In this document: piece by piece, positions 1-11,052 of the stretch
Layout of the letters: every line of letters starts with the position of its first letter
Position numbering within the stretch: the first letter of the stretch is position 1
Source of the DNA: an uncultured Thermodesulfobacteriota bacterium
GTDB taxonomy: Bacteria > Desulfobacterota > WTBG01
Length of the DNA: 64,000 bases
Reading direction: 5' to 3'
Assembly (NCBI GenBank): GCA_964580455.1
Contig: CAZOKO010000001.1
Location: 2,992 to 66,991, forward strand
Notes under the pieces: model-generated
Told to the model about the DNA's origin: nothing
Database searches by the model: none
The model's input: the letters and a program-made list of their open reading frames with translations, nothing else
Program-made: the position numbers and the translations under genes

Positions 1-314
1 AACAGAATTCAGGTATTGAGGTGAGGGATTCAGGAATTTAGGAATTAATTAATGTTGCGGGTTACGAGTTAAGGAGAATTTGTGTTAAATACTTTTATTC
101 CCCTTCGTGTTTCTTCGTGGCCTTCGTGGTTTCGGGTTGTGGAGTTAAAATACTATATACTTAGATCTAAAATTTGATAGTCCCCCTTTGATAAAGGAAG
201 ATGTGGGGTTTTCTAAAGGGGGGAATAGCAAGTTATATAATTACGAGAACGAAAAGTTTATTTAACTTTAGACACTTTATCTCACTTAAAACTGGCATCC
301 AATTTGGAGGTTAG

Positions 315-857
315 ATGGCAAGGGAAAATATGATTAAAGGCACAACTATTATTGCTGTTCGACATAAAGGGAAAGTGGCAATAGGTGGAGATGGGCAGGT
401 AACCTTCGGCAACAACATACTAAAACAGAAAGCAAACAAGATCAGGAAATTATATAATAACAATGTACTGGCCGGTTTCGCCGGAGCCACCGCAGATGCC
501 TTCACCCTTTTTGAAAGGTTTGAGGGAAAGCTGGAACAGCACAACGGTAACCTGTTAAGGTCTGCTGTAGAATTGGCAAAAGACTGGCGCACTGATCGGA
601 TGCTTCGAAAACTGGAAGCCCTGCTTATCGTCGTTAACAAAGAGCATTCCCTGATTGTCTCAGGCAACGGTGATGTAGTAGAGCCTGATGATGGAATCAC
701 TGCTATTGGTTCCGGCGGTTCCTTCGCCCTTGCAGCCGCCAGGGCATTAGTTAAACACTCTGATCTGGATATCAAAACCATCGTTGAAGAATCAATGAAG
801 ATCGCTTCTGAAATCTGCATTTATACTAACGACAAAATAATTGTTGAAGAACTATAA
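315..857 (+). CDS. hslV: ATP-dependent protease peptidase subunit HslV
   Basis: TTIIAVRH N-terminal Thr motif, [27 protein letters not shown]; GGAGG RBS upstream. Confidence 0.97.
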   Translation: MARENMIKGTTIIAVRHKGKVAIGGDGQVTFGNNILKQKANKIRKLYNNNVLAGFAGATADAFTLFERFEGKLEQHNGNLLRSAVELAKDWRTDRMLRKLEALLIVVNKEHSLIVSGNGDVVEPDDGITAIGSGGSFALAAARALVKHSDLDIKTIVEESMKIASEICIYTNDKIIVEEL

Positions 858-885
858 TGCGTCACATCAAAACAAGAGAAAACCT

Positions 886-2259
886 ATGAAAAGTTTAACA
901 CCAAAGGAAATCGTATCCGAATTGAACAAGTATATTATAGGTCAGCATAATGCTAAAAGGGCAGTTGCTATTGCCCTGAGAAACAGATGGAGACGCCAGA
1001 ATGTCTCCGATGATCTAAAGGATGAGATTGCCCCCAAAAACATCATTATGATTGGTCCCACTGGTGTGGGTAAGACAGAGATATCCCGAAGATTAGCCAA
1101 CCTCTCACAGTCTCCTTTTTTAAAGATTGAGGCTTCTAAATTCACGGAAGTTGGTTATGTAGGCCGAGATGTTGAATCGATGGTGCGGGATTTAACTGAT
1201 CTTGCTGTTAACCAGATAAAGGCTGAAGAAGCAGAAAAGGTTCAGGTCAAGGCTAAAGAAATCGCGGAGGAACGTATCCTTGATCTTCTGCTTCCACCCC
1301 GACGAGAGGAGAAGAGGAGCTACAATGAATCATCTCCAGAAAAACCCCTCGAGCTGGTAAAAAAAGAGCAGGAGCAAGAGAATACCACCAGAGAGAAGCT
1401 CCGCAAACTTTTAAAAGAGCACAAATTGGACGAAAGGATGGTCGAGCTTGAAACCACTCAAAGGACCGTTCCCATTGTTGAAATCTTTTCAGCCGCCGGC
1501 ATGGAGGAAATGGATATCAATGTTAAAGATATGTTCGGTAACCTCTTTCCCAAAAAGACGCAAAAGAGAAAGGCAAAAATCTCAGAGGCGTTAGAGATCA
1601 TTGCCCAGGAGGAAGCCCAACGGTTAATTGACATGGACAAGGTTACTAAACAAGCCATCGAAAGAGTCGAACAGTCTGGAATTATCTTCTTAGACGAGAT
1701 TGATAAGATCGTGGGAAAAGATAGTGCTCATGGTCCTGATGTCTCACGAGAAGGGGTACAGCGAGATTTGCTGCCTATCGTAGAGGGCTGTACTGTCACT
1801 ACCAAATACGGAATGGTAAAAACCGATCATGTTTTATTCGTTGCCTCAGGAGCATTCTACAGCTCAAAGCCATCAGATTTAATACCGGAGCTGCAAGGAA
1901 GATTTCCCATACGGGTGGAATTGGAATCACTGGGCAAAGAGGAATTTATCCGAATTCTAACCGAGCCTCAAAACGCATTAATCAAACAATACAGGGCATT
2001 AATGGAAACGGAAGGAATTGAGTTGGTCTTTGGAGATGACGCCATAGCGGAAATTGCCGAAATTGCAACCATCGTCAATGAAAGAACTGAAAATATCGGG
2101 GCACGCAGGCTCCATACCATTATGGAAAAACTCTTAGATGAACTCTCATTTGATGCACCCGATTTAGAAAAGAAAGCGTTTACTATTGATGCTAACTACG
2201 TAAAGGGAAAATTGAGCAGTCTGGCCAAAGATGAAGACTTAAGCCGCTACATACTCTAA
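886..2259 (+). CDS. hslU: ATP-dependent protease ATPase subunit HslU
   Basis: Walker [38 protein letters not shown]; ATG at 886 chosen over the upstream TTG. Confidence 0.97.
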   Translation: MKSLTPKEIVSELNKYIIGQHNAKRAVAIALRNRWRRQNVSDDLKDEIAPKNIIMIGPTGVGKTEISRRLANLSQSPFLKIEASKFTEVGYVGRDVESMVRDLTDLAVNQIKAEEAEKVQVKAKEIAEERILDLLLPPRREEKRSYNESSPEKPLELVKKEQEQENTTREKLRKLLKEHKLDERMVELETTQRTVPIVEIFSAAGMEEMDINVKDMFGNLFPKKTQKRKAKISEALEIIAQEEAQRLIDMDKVTKQAIERVEQSGIIFLDEIDKIVGKDSAHGPDVSREGVQRDLLPIVEGCTVTTKYGMVKTDHVLFVASGAFYSSKPSDLIPELQGRFPIRVELESLGKEEFIRILTEPQNALIKQYRALMETEGIELVFGDDAIAEIAEIATIVNERTENIGARRLHTIMEKLLDELSFDAPDLEKKAFTIDANYVKGKLSSLAKDEDLSRYIL

Positions 2260-2270
2260 TGGGATTAAAA

Positions 2271-2334
2271 AACCACAGAGAACGCAGAGGTAAAAATATT
2301 TAATGGATGTCATTTCTCTGCGAGCTCTTTGGTT
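2271..2334. repeat. Inverted pair of 9-bp-period repeats (AACCACAGAGAACGCAGAG...CTCTGCGAGCTCTTTGGTT)
   Basis: Imperfect hairpin in the hslU-argB spacer, read directly. Confidence 0.7.
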
Positions 2335-2358
2335 AATCATACCCCGGGAGCTACTCTA

Positions 2359-3240
2359 ATGCAAAAGTTAATTGATAAAGCCACTGTCTTGATGGAGGCA
2401 CTACCCTATATTCGCCGTTTCTATCAGAAGACTATCGTCATCAAGTATGGTGGCCATGCCATGATAGAAAAGGAATTGAAAAAAGATTTCGCCATGGATA
2501 TCACTCTGATGAATTATATTGGATTAAATCCAGTAGTGGTTCATGGCGGAGGCCCCCAGATAGAAGACGTATTAAAAAAGATGGGGAAATCTTCGAAATT
2601 CATCGAGGGCTTAAGAGTAACCGACGAAGAAATCATGGAAGTCGTTGAAATGGTTCTGGTGGGGAAAGTCAACAAGGAAATCGTCAGCTTAATCAACCTG
2701 CAGGGTGGAAAAGCTGTGGGGCTAAGCGGTCAAGATGGACATTTAATTACCGCAAAAAAACTAAGACTTTCGTCTTTGCGCTCCAAAAACAATCGCCACA
2801 AAATCAAAGACATGGGATTGGTAGGGAAAGTAGAATCCGTAAATCCTCATGTCATTGAGACACTGGATCGAAGTAAGTTTATTCCAATTATCGCTCCCAT
2901 TGGCACTGGGAAAGATGGGGAAACCTATAACATCAATGCAGATATGGTAGCAGGGGAAATTGCTTCTGCCCTTAAAGCAGAAAAATTGATTCTCTTAACC
3001 GATACCGAAGGGGTATTAGATAAAAAAGGAAATCTTATCTCATCCATGAATGAAAAGAAAGCAAGGACCTTTATAAAGAAGGGACAGATTTCAGGAGGAA
3101 TGATCCCCAAGGTTAACTGCTGTTTACAGGCTTTAAAAGAAGGTGTAGCAAAAGCCCATATTATTGATGGGAGAATCAAACATGCCATCCTGCTGGAAAT
3201 ATTCACCGATGTGGGTATCGGCACTCAAATTACAGGATAG
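2359..3240 (+). CDS. argB: Acetylglutamate kinase
   Basis: [37 protein letters not shown]. Confidence 0.96.
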   Translation: MQKLIDKATVLMEALPYIRRFYQKTIVIKYGGHAMIEKELKKDFAMDITLMNYIGLNPVVVHGGGPQIEDVLKKMGKSSKFIEGLRVTDEEIMEVVEMVLVGKVNKEIVSLINLQGGKAVGLSGQDGHLITAKKLRLSSLRSKNNRHKIKDMGLVGKVESVNPHVIETLDRSKFIPIIAPIGTGKDGETYNINADMVAGEIASALKAEKLILLTDTEGVLDKKGNLISSMNEKKARTFIKKGQISGGMIPKVNCCLQALKEGVAKAHIIDGRIKHAILLEIFTDVGIGTQITG

Positions 3241-3243
3241 ATT

Positions 3244-4458
3244 ATGAACAAAACATCCATGAAGGCCTTAATCGATAAAGCAGAACAGTACATCTTTCCC
3301 ACCTATACTCGCTCACCTGTAGTCCTCACCAAAGGTGAAGGGATGAGAGTATGGGATAGTGAGGGGAAGGAATACCTGGATTTTGCGTCAGGGATTGCGG
3401 TCCTAAATGTAGGACATCTTCATCCCCGCGTTGTTGAAGCCATCCACAAGCAAAGCAAGACGCTCATGCACGTTTCCAACCTTTACTACAGCGAACCTCA
3501 GATCAAACTGGCAGAGCTGCTGGTAAAGCATTCTTTTGCGGATAAAGTTTTTTTCTGCAACAGTGGAGCAGAAGCCAACGAAGCTGCAATAAAGCTGGCG
3601 CGCAAAGTCAAAAAGGATAAAGGGGAAAGCACCCGTTATGAAATTATTACCATGGAGAATAGTTTTCATGGAAGAACCATGGCAACACTCTCTGCTACCG
3701 GACAAAAAAAGTTTCATCACGGTTTTGAACCTCTCCTTGATGGTTTCACCTATGTCCCCTTCAATAATTCAAAGGCGGTTTTTGATGCAATCACTGACAC
3801 AACCTGTGCCGTGATGGTAGAGCCAATTCAGGGAGAAGGCGGTGTAAACTGCCCTTCTCCTGATTATCTAAAAAAGCTAAGAGACATTTGTGATCAACAT
3901 GGACTGCTTCTCATCTTTGATGAAGTCCAGGTAGGGATGGGCAGAACAGGAAAGCTATTTGCCTATCAGCATTATGGGGTTGAACCAGACATCATGACCC
4001 TGGCTAAAGCCATGGCCGGGGGTATGCCTGTTGGAGCTATGCTGGCAAAGGAAGAGATTGCTTCAAGCTTTTCCCGGGGTACTCACGCCTCCACCTTCGG
4101 AGGGAACCCTCTCTCAAGCGCCGCTGGAATAGCCACTATGGAAGCTCTAATTCAGGACAAAATCCTGGAGAACTGTCAGGAAATGGGGGAATACTTCTAC
4201 TCAAAGTTGTTATCCCTCAAAGAAAAACACTCCTTTATTAAAAAAGTGAAAGGGAAAGGACTCATCCTGGGAATAGAATTATCCTTTGAATGTTCAGAAA
4301 TAGCGACGGAGTGTTTGAAGAGAGGGCTTCTGATTATTTGTACCATGGGAAATATACTCCGCTTCCTCCCCCCACTGATCATCACGAAAAAGGAAATTGA
4401 CATTCTGATTAAAACTTTAGATGAACTTTTTGAACAAACGTCCATTCCAACTTTATGA
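3244..4458 (+). CDS. argD: Acetylornithine aminotransferase
   Basis: NSGAEANE, SFHGRT, EPIQGEGG, DEVQVGMGRTG, TFGGNP; arg operon context. Confidence 0.93.
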   Translation: MNKTSMKALIDKAEQYIFPTYTRSPVVLTKGEGMRVWDSEGKEYLDFASGIAVLNVGHLHPRVVEAIHKQSKTLMHVSNLYYSEPQIKLAELLVKHSFADKVFFCNSGAEANEAAIKLARKVKKDKGESTRYEIITMENSFHGRTMATLSATGQKKFHHGFEPLLDGFTYVPFNNSKAVFDAITDTTCAVMVEPIQGEGGVNCPSPDYLKKLRDICDQHGLLLIFDEVQVGMGRTGKLFAYQHYGVEPDIMTLAKAMAGGMPVGAMLAKEEIASSFSRGTHASTFGGNPLSSAAGIATMEALIQDKILENCQEMGEYFYSKLLSLKEKHSFIKKVKGKGLILGIELSFECSEIATECLKRGLLIICTMGNILRFLPPLIITKKEIDILIKTLDELFEQTSIPTL

Positions 4459-5366
4459 AAAAATATCTTATAAGTATCAATTCCTTAAGCAAGCAGGAAA
4501 TTGAAGAGCTGATTTTCTCTGCCATCAATTTGAAGGAAAAGCAGAAAGCAGGTGAACCCTACCAGCCTTTAAAAGGAAAAACACTGGGAATGCTCTTTGA
4601 GAAACCTTCTACTAGAACCCGGATTTCTTTTGAAGTAGGAATGCTGCAGCTGGGGGGTCATGCCCTCTATATGAGCTGGAGAGATACGCAACTGGGTAGA
4701 GAAGAATCTCTTGAGGATACAGCTCAAGTCCTCTCCAGATATCTAGACGCTATTGTAATCAGGACTTTCTCTCAGAATACCGTTGAGATAATTGCTCAAC
4801 ATGCAGCTATCCCTGTTATCAATGGTCTTACAGATCTGCTTCATCCCTGCCAGATATTGAGTGACATCATGACCATTGTAGAAATGAAAGGGGAATTTAA
4901 GAAACAAAAAATCTCTTATATAGGAGATGGTAATAACATTGCCAATTCCTGGATAAATGCTTCCCTCAAACTGGGATTTAACCTTCATTTAGCCTGTCCC
5001 AAAGGATATGAACCAGATGGAAAGATAGTAGAAAAGGCCCGGATTGATGCCCCATCACAGATAAAGCTCTCCTCTGACCCTTTTGAAGCTGCTAAAGATG
5101 CAGATATCATCAACACCGATACCTGGGTAAGTATGGGACAAGAAAAGGAGCATAAAGAAAGAACAGAAGTTTTTAAAAATTATCAGATAAACAGTTCCTT
5201 ACTTAAGGTGGCGAAGGAGGATGTTCTGGTTATGCACTGTTTACCTGCCCATCGAGGCGATGAGATTACTGATGAAGTAGCAGACGGCAAGCATTCAATC
5301 ATCTTTGATCAGGCTGAAAACCGCCTGCATATGCAGAAGGCTATACTCAAAATGTTACTTGCTTAA
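4455..5366 (+). CDS. argF: Ornithine carbamoyltransferase
   Basis: STRTR, HPCQ, WVSMG, HCLP, QAENR. Confidence 0.96.
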   Translation: MKKYLISINSLSKQEIEELIFSAINLKEKQKAGEPYQPLKGKTLGMLFEKPSTRTRISFEVGMLQLGGHALYMSWRDTQLGREESLEDTAQVLSRYLDAIVIRTFSQNTVEIIAQHAAIPVINGLTDLLHPCQILSDIMTIVEMKGEFKKQKISYIGDGNNIANSWINASLKLGFNLHLACPKGYEPDGKIVEKARIDAPSQIKLSSDPFEAAKDADIINTDTWVSMGQEKEHKERTEVFKNYQINSSLLKVAKEDVLVMHCLPAHRGDEITDEVADGKHSIIFDQAENRLHMQKAILKMLLA

Positions 5367-5389
5367 AAACCAAAAGGAGAAGCAGATTA

Positions 5390-6595
5390 ATGGAGAAGAT
5401 AAAAAAAGTAGTTCTGGCTTATTCTGGTGGCTTAGACACCTCAGTCATCCCCAGGTGGTTGATAGAAACCTACGGATGTGAGGTAATCGCATTCTCTGCT
5501 GATCTAGGACAGGAAGATCCATTTAAAGCACTCAAGAAAAGAGCACTCAGCATTGGTATTAAAAAAGTATATATTGAAGATCTTAAGGAAGAGTTTGCAA
5601 ACGATTTTGTTTTTCCTCTCTTAAGGGCTAACGCCATTTATGAGGGAAGCTATCTGTTAGGAACCGCCATTGCTCGGCCCCTTATTGCCAAAAAACAGAT
5701 CGAAATTGCCCGCAAAGAAAAAGCTGATGCCGTATCCCATGGGGCAACAGGCAAGGGAAATGATCAGGTCCGTTTTGAACTCACCTACCTTTCCTTAAAC
5801 CCCAGGATAAAGATTATTGCACCCTGGAGGCTCTGGCACCTCAATTCCAGACAATCTCTGATTGCCTATGCTAAAAGGCATAAGATCCCTGTAAAAGTCA
5901 GCACAAAAAAGCCTTACAGTACCGATCGCAATCTTCTCCACATAAGTTTTGAAGGAGGCATATTGGAGGATCCATGGAAAGAGCCAAGGGAAGATATGTT
6001 TGTACTCACTGCTTCCCCTGAAAAGGCTCCACAAAAACCTACCTATATTGAAGTTGCTTATGATAAAGGGAATCCCGTAGCCATCAATAATAAACTTCTT
6101 TCCCCTGCCAGGCTTTTAGCAAGGCTTAATAAGCTGGGTGGAATTAATGGTATTGGTCGTGTTGATATGGTGGAAAACCGTTATGTGGGTATGAAATCCC
6201 GCGGCGTATACGAAACGCCAGGGGGTACTATTTTACACATGGCTCATCGGGCAATGGAATCTATCACCCTTGATCGTGAGGTCATGCATCTTAAAGATAG
6301 CTTCATCACCAGATACGCAGAACTTGTTTACTATGGTTACTGGTTTTCTCCTGAAAGGGAGATTTTACAGCGAACGATTGATGAAACCCAGACAAATGTT
6401 ACTGGCACTGTTCGACTGAAGCTCTACAAAGGAAACTGCCTAGTAGTTGGTAGAAAATCCCCCAAATCTCTCTATAGTCCGGATTATGCCACATTTGAAG
6501 AAGATACGGTTTATGACCAGAGTCTGGCTGAGGGCTTCATTCAGCTCAATGCCCTGAGACTTAAAATCAGGAATTCCTTGAGGAAGAAAAGATAA
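5390..6595 (+). CDS. argG: Argininosuccinate synthase
   Basis: [34 protein letters not shown]. Confidence 0.97.
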   Translation: MEKIKKVVLAYSGGLDTSVIPRWLIETYGCEVIAFSADLGQEDPFKALKKRALSIGIKKVYIEDLKEEFANDFVFPLLRANAIYEGSYLLGTAIARPLIAKKQIEIARKEKADAVSHGATGKGNDQVRFELTYLSLNPRIKIIAPWRLWHLNSRQSLIAYAKRHKIPVKVSTKKPYSTDRNLLHISFEGGILEDPWKEPREDMFVLTASPEKAPQKPTYIEVAYDKGNPVAINNKLLSPARLLARLNKLGGINGIGRVDMVENRYVGMKSRGVYETPGGTILHMAHRAMESITLDREVMHLKDSFITRYAELVYYGYWFSPEREILQRTIDETQTNVTGTVRLKLYKGNCLVVGRKSPKSLYSPDYATFEEDTVYDQSLAEGFIQLNALRLKIRNSLRKKR

Positions 6596-6596
6596 G

Positions 6597-6815
6597 TAGT
6601 GCCTGAACGAAAAGTCATGTTCAGGCCAAATCCGAATATCTAAATCCGAAACCCGAAACAAATTCGAATATCAAATGACAAAATGACCTAAACTAAAACA
6701 TTGGTAATAAGGTGTTTTTGTCATTGGTACATTTGTATTTTGGTTATTGTTTCGTATTTCGTGCTTCGTATTTCGAATTTTTGACCGAAAAAATGGGGTT
6801 TTCGGTCAAGCACTA
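6597..6815. repeat. ~220-bp palindromic MITE-like element with 17-bp terminal IRs and internal 7-bp-period arms
   Basis: TAGTGCCTGAACGAAAA (6597) versus TTTTCGGTCAAGCACTA (ends 6815), 15/17 complementary; hairpin at each end; AAATCCG/AATATCT heptads mirrored by TTTCGTA/TTTCGTG heptads. Confidence 0.75.
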
Positions 6816-6840
6816 GTTAGGGGGAATTTTTCAGAGATTC

Positions 6841-7917
6841 ATGAAACACATTACAAAACTGTTAAAAATATTTTTTTGCATCCTGTGTATAACCCAATTC
6901 CCAAACTGTGGAAAGAAGGGGGATCCCAGCACTCCTGTCGCAGTAACCCCTGCAAAAATTAAAGATCTTACGGCACGCACTCAGGGAAGAGCTATCAACT
7001 TAAGCTGGAGTATACCCAAAAACAATACAGACGGCTCTCAACTTCTTGACCTTAAGGGATTTAAAATACTTCGAAACGAGATAAATATTAAAAAAGAATG
7101 TCCCGACTGCCCAAAAAGATTTTCACTTATCTACGATGTCGATTACAAAACCTATATGATGAACAAACCTCAGGCAGAAAGGATTGAATACAGTGATGAG
7201 GAGCTTCACTTTAAAAACATCTATACCTATAGAGTAGTAAGCTATAACTCAGACAACCAGCTAAGCCCCAGGTCTAATGCTCAAGAGGTCTTCTGGGACA
7301 TCCCCAGTTTGCCTCCCAGGAAGCTTCAGGCAGAGCTTAAAGAAAAATCTACCATCCTGAGCTGGGAAGAACCAAATACCCTTAAAGACAGATCAGCTCT
7401 TAAAGGATTGGCGGGATATAACCTTTATCGAAAGTCCCCTGGTGAAACCTACCCTGCCGACCCTATCAACAGCGAGCTAATTACTACCCTTGCCTGCCGG
7501 GACAAAGGCATAGAAATGGACAGGGATTATCTCTATACGTTAAGAGCGGTAAGAAAGGTCAGGGAAACTTTTATTGAAAGCGAGGGATGTGAAGAGGTTG
7601 CCCTTAATACCACTGATCGTACCCCTCCTGATGCCCCTACAGGTTTAATTGCATTACTTCTCAAAACGGGGATAATGCTCAGGTGGAATGAAAATAAGGA
7701 ATCAGACCTAAGAGGGTACAACCTCTATCGAAAAGCAGGGGGAGGAGCCGATTTTAAAAAATTGAATGCAACACCATTGCCCAAAGCGCGTTACCTTGAC
7801 AGCTCAGTAGTAGAAGACAAGGGATCTTATACTTACGTTGTTACAGCACTTGATGACGCAACTTATACAAACGAAAGCGAACGTTCAAAAGAAGCAACTG
7901 TACGATATCGCTATTAA
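6841..7917 (+). CDS. Fibronectin type III domain lipoprotein
   Basis: Signal peptide then CGKKGDP; repeated LSW...GYNLYR...YTY.V.A Fn3 patterns; typical position upstream of lysA. Confidence 0.8.
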   Translation: MKHITKLLKIFFCILCITQFPNCGKKGDPSTPVAVTPAKIKDLTARTQGRAINLSWSIPKNNTDGSQLLDLKGFKILRNEINIKKECPDCPKRFSLIYDVDYKTYMMNKPQAERIEYSDEELHFKNIYTYRVVSYNSDNQLSPRSNAQEVFWDIPSLPPRKLQAELKEKSTILSWEEPNTLKDRSALKGLAGYNLYRKSPGETYPADPINSELITTLACRDKGIEMDRDYLYTLRAVRKVRETFIESEGCEEVALNTTDRTPPDAPTGLIALLLKTGIMLRWNENKESDLRGYNLYRKAGGGADFKKLNATPLPKARYLDSSVVEDKGSYTYVVTALDDATYTNESERSKEATVRYRY

Positions 7918-7925
7918 AGGGTTCC

Positions 7926-9185
7926 ATGCACGATTTTCAATATCACCAAAACGAGCTTTACTGCGAAGAGGTTTCCATCAAAGAGATTGCAGATCTGGTG
8001 GATACCCCCTTCTACCTTTACAGCAATCATACTTTAGAAAACCATTTCAAGGTGTTCGATTCTGCTTTTAGTGAGATAGATCACCTCACCTGCTTTTCAG
8101 TAAAAGCTAACTCCAATCTTACAGTTCTTAAAATCTTTATCAATCTGGGCGGAGGGGCAGACATCGTCTCAGGAGGTGAACTCTACCGTGTCCTTAACGC
8201 TGGGGCGGATCCCTTAAAAGTAGTCTTTTCCGGTGTAGGAAAAGGGACTAAAGAATTAGAATATGCACTGGAAGCAGGCATCCTGATGTTCAATATAGAA
8301 TCCACTCAGGAATTAACCACCATTAACCAGGTAGCTCAACGACTGGGCACAAAGGCAAGAATAGCCCTGCGGGTGAATCCCCATATTGATCCCAAGACAC
8401 ATCCTTATATCTCTACCGGATTAAAGAAAAACAAATTTGGAATAGAAATTAATCAGGCACTTGAAGACTACAGGGAGGTAAAAAAATTAAAACACCTGGA
8501 GATTATTGGTGTTGACTGCCACATTGGCTCGCAGATCACTGAAATTCAGCCCTTCGTAGAAACCCTGAGGAAAGTGAAAGAACTGGTGCTTATATTAAGG
8601 CAGGAGGACATAGAAATCCAATATATTGATCTGGGTGGCGGACTGGGTATTACTTACAACCAGGAGCAGCCACCTCATCCCAGAGAATATGCCTCCGCCC
8701 TCATCGAGGAAATGAAGGATTTTAGCTGCACCCTGATCCTTGAGCCCGGCAGAGTGATTGCAGGCAATGCAGGAATCCTTGTCACAAAGGTCCTCTATCT
8801 TAAAGAGGGGACTGAAAAGACTTTTGTCACCGTAGATGCTGCCATGAATGACCTGATCCGTCCCAGCCTCTATGGAGCTTTTCAGGCAATACAGCCCGTA
8901 GTGAAAACAGAGGGAGAAGAAATGGTAGCAGATATTGTGGGGCCTATCTGTGAATCAGGTGATTTTCTTGCTAAAGAGAGAACAATTCCCAGATTAAAAT
9001 CAGACGATCTTATCGCCGTAATGAGTGCCGGGGCTTATGGTTTTACCATGTCCTCTAACTACAATTCCAGACCCCGTGTCCCGGAGGTTCTGGTGGCAGG
9101 AAAAGAATTCTATGTAATTAGAGAGCGAGAAAACTACGAAGACCTGATCAGGGGGGAAACAATTCCGGAGTTCCTGAACAAATGA
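7926..9185 (+). CDS. lysA: Diaminopimelate decarboxylase
   Basis: SVKANSN, HIGSQ, GGGLG, EPGR, GPICESGD, GAYG. Confidence 0.96.
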   Translation: MHDFQYHQNELYCEEVSIKEIADLVDTPFYLYSNHTLENHFKVFDSAFSEIDHLTCFSVKANSNLTVLKIFINLGGGADIVSGGELYRVLNAGADPLKVVFSGVGKGTKELEYALEAGILMFNIESTQELTTINQVAQRLGTKARIALRVNPHIDPKTHPYISTGLKKNKFGIEINQALEDYREVKKLKHLEIIGVDCHIGSQITEIQPFVETLRKVKELVLILRQEDIEIQYIDLGGGLGITYNQEQPPHPREYASALIEEMKDFSCTLILEPGRVIAGNAGILVTKVLYLKEGTEKTFVTVDAAMNDLIRPSLYGAFQAIQPVVKTEGEEMVADIVGPICESGDFLAKERTIPRLKSDDLIAVMSAGAYGFTMSSNYNSRPRVPEVLVAGKEFYVIRERENYEDLIRGETIPEFLNK

Positions 9186-9994
9186 AATTAATCCCTTTTA
9201 CCAAAATGAGCGCAGCCGGCAATGATTTCATCATTATTGACAACCGCCAGAATATCCTTGATGCTAAAAAGGCTAAAGAATGTGCACAAAATATCTGCAG
9301 ACGAAAACTCTCAGTTGGTGCAGATGGACTAATCCTTATAGAAGACTCTAAAAAGGCAGATTTCAAATGGAGATTTTTTAATGCTGATGGCAGTGAAGCT
9401 GAGATGTGTGGTAACGGTGGAAGGTGTATAGCCAGGCTTTCTCATCTTAAGGGAATTGCACCACGTCAGCTCACCTTTGAGACCCTGGCCGGGATCATCA
9501 AGGCGGAAGTCCTGGAGGAAAGCATAAAACTGCAACTGCCACTCCCCTGCAACTTAACGAGTGATCTAAAACTTCAACTTGAAGGGAAAAGCATTATTGT
9601 TGACAGTATTACCGTTGGTGTACCCCACGCGGTAACGTTTGTTGATGACCTTAAAAAATACCCGGTAGTAGAACTGGGGAGAATGATTCGTTTCTCAGAA
9701 CATTTCAAACCTGCAGGCACCAATGTAAATTTTGTGAACATCAAGAACGGCTCAGCCATAGCTATCAGAACTTATGAGAGGGGAGTAGAAGACGAAACGC
9801 TTGCCTGCGGAACAGGAGCGGTCGCCTCTGCCTTAATCACAAATGAAAAAAAAGGGATAAAATCTCCCGTATCAGTCCTGACCCAGGGAGGAGAGACACT
9901 GACAGTACATTTTACAAAAGAAGATAAAACTTTAAAAGAAGTGTTTTTAGAAGGTACTGCAAACTTCATCTACGAGGGAGAACTCTACCCCTAA
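9182..9994 (+). CDS. dapF: Diaminopimelate epimerase
   Basis: GNDF, NADGSEAEMCGNG, RTYERGVEDETLACGTG. Confidence 0.96.
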   Translation: MKLIPFTKMSAAGNDFIIIDNRQNILDAKKAKECAQNICRRKLSVGADGLILIEDSKKADFKWRFFNADGSEAEMCGNGGRCIARLSHLKGIAPRQLTFETLAGIIKAEVLEESIKLQLPLPCNLTSDLKLQLEGKSIIVDSITVGVPHAVTFVDDLKKYPVVELGRMIRFSEHFKPAGTNVNFVNIKNGSAIAIRTYERGVEDETLACGTGAVASALITNEKKGIKSPVSVLTQGGETLTVHFTKEDKTLKEVFLEGTANFIYEGELYP

Positions 9995-10024
9995 ACACTT
10001 TAATTAGACAGGAGGAAAACTATT

Positions 10025-10897
10025 ATGTTTAAAGGCTCCATGATTCCTATCGTCACTCCTTTTAAAGAAGGAGAAATTGATGAGAAAGGCTTTCAAAACC
10101 TCATCGAATTTCATATCAAAAGCGGCACGGATGCTATTGTTCCCTGTGGTACTACCGGGGAGTCAGCAACTCTAACGTATAAAGAACACGAGAAATTAAT
10201 CGACATCTGCCTTGAGGCGGTTAACCACCGCGTTCCAGTAATTGCAGGAACAGGGTCTAACAGCACGGATGAAGCTATAGAGCTCACCATCTATGCTCAA
10301 AAGGCAGGAGCAGATGGCGCACTGCTCATCACTCCTTATTACAACAAGCCCACTCAGGAAGGACTTTACCAACACTACAAGGCTATTGCTCATAAGACAG
10401 ATCTTCCTCTTATCCTGTACAATGTGCCCAGCAGAACAGGGGTTAACATGTTACCTGAAACAGTAGCTAAACTCTCTGATATACCCAGTATCGTGGGAAT
10501 CAAAGAGGCCTCAGGTTCACTTCAACAGATCTGCGAAATCATTCATCTCTGCGGGGAAAAATGCAGTGTTTTCTCCGGGGACGATTTTATCAATTATCCC
10601 ATTCTTGCCATGGGTGGGAAGGGTATCATCTCGGTAACGGCCAACATCGTGCCGGAGAAAATAGCTGCCATGTGGGATTTCTTCGAATCCGGAGATTATA
10701 ACAAAGCAAGAGAAATCCACTATCAACTCATCTCTCTAAATAACGCTATGTTTTTAGAAACTAATCCTATACCCGTAAAGACTGCCCTGGGACTGATGGG
10801 GAAAATCTCTCCTGAGATGCGCCTCCCCTTATCACCCATGTCTAAAAACAATCTGGAAAAACTTAAAAAAGTAATGGCAAAATATAAACTAATATGA
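10025..10897 (+). CDS. dapA: 4-hydroxy-tetrahydrodipicolinate synthase
   Basis: GTTGES, PYYNKP, YNVPSRTG, IKEASG, NPIPVK. Confidence 0.96.
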   Translation: MFKGSMIPIVTPFKEGEIDEKGFQNLIEFHIKSGTDAIVPCGTTGESATLTYKEHEKLIDICLEAVNHRVPVIAGTGSNSTDEAIELTIYAQKAGADGALLITPYYNKPTQEGLYQHYKAIAHKTDLPLILYNVPSRTGVNMLPETVAKLSDIPSIVGIKEASGSLQQICEIIHLCGEKCSVFSGDDFINYPILAMGGKGIISVTANIVPEKIAAMWDFFESGDYNKAREIHYQLISLNNAMFLETNPIPVKTALGLMGKISPEMRLPLSPMSKNNLEKLKKVMAKYKLI

Positions 10898-10954
10898 TAG
10901 GAGAACATTCTACATATTAGAACGTTTCAATAACATTACAAAAAGTTTCTCGTA

Positions 10955-11007
10955 TCACCCCCACCCGAATCCCTCTCCCTTCAGGGGGAAGGCAGGATGG
11001 GGATGGA
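10955..11007. repeat. GC-rich REP-like hairpin after dapA
   Basis: CCCCACCC..CCTCTCCCT-TC-AGGGGGAAGG..GATGGGG imperfect stem; no clear U-tract. Confidence 0.5.
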
Positions 11008-11052
11008 TTAATTATTTAAACCCTATAAACTCAAAAGAAAAAGGAGGTTAGC

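Noticed and set aside
6747-6962. 71-aa ORF MFRISCFVFRIF
   Set aside because: It is a translation of the heptad repeat arm and overlaps the lipoprotein gene out of frame.
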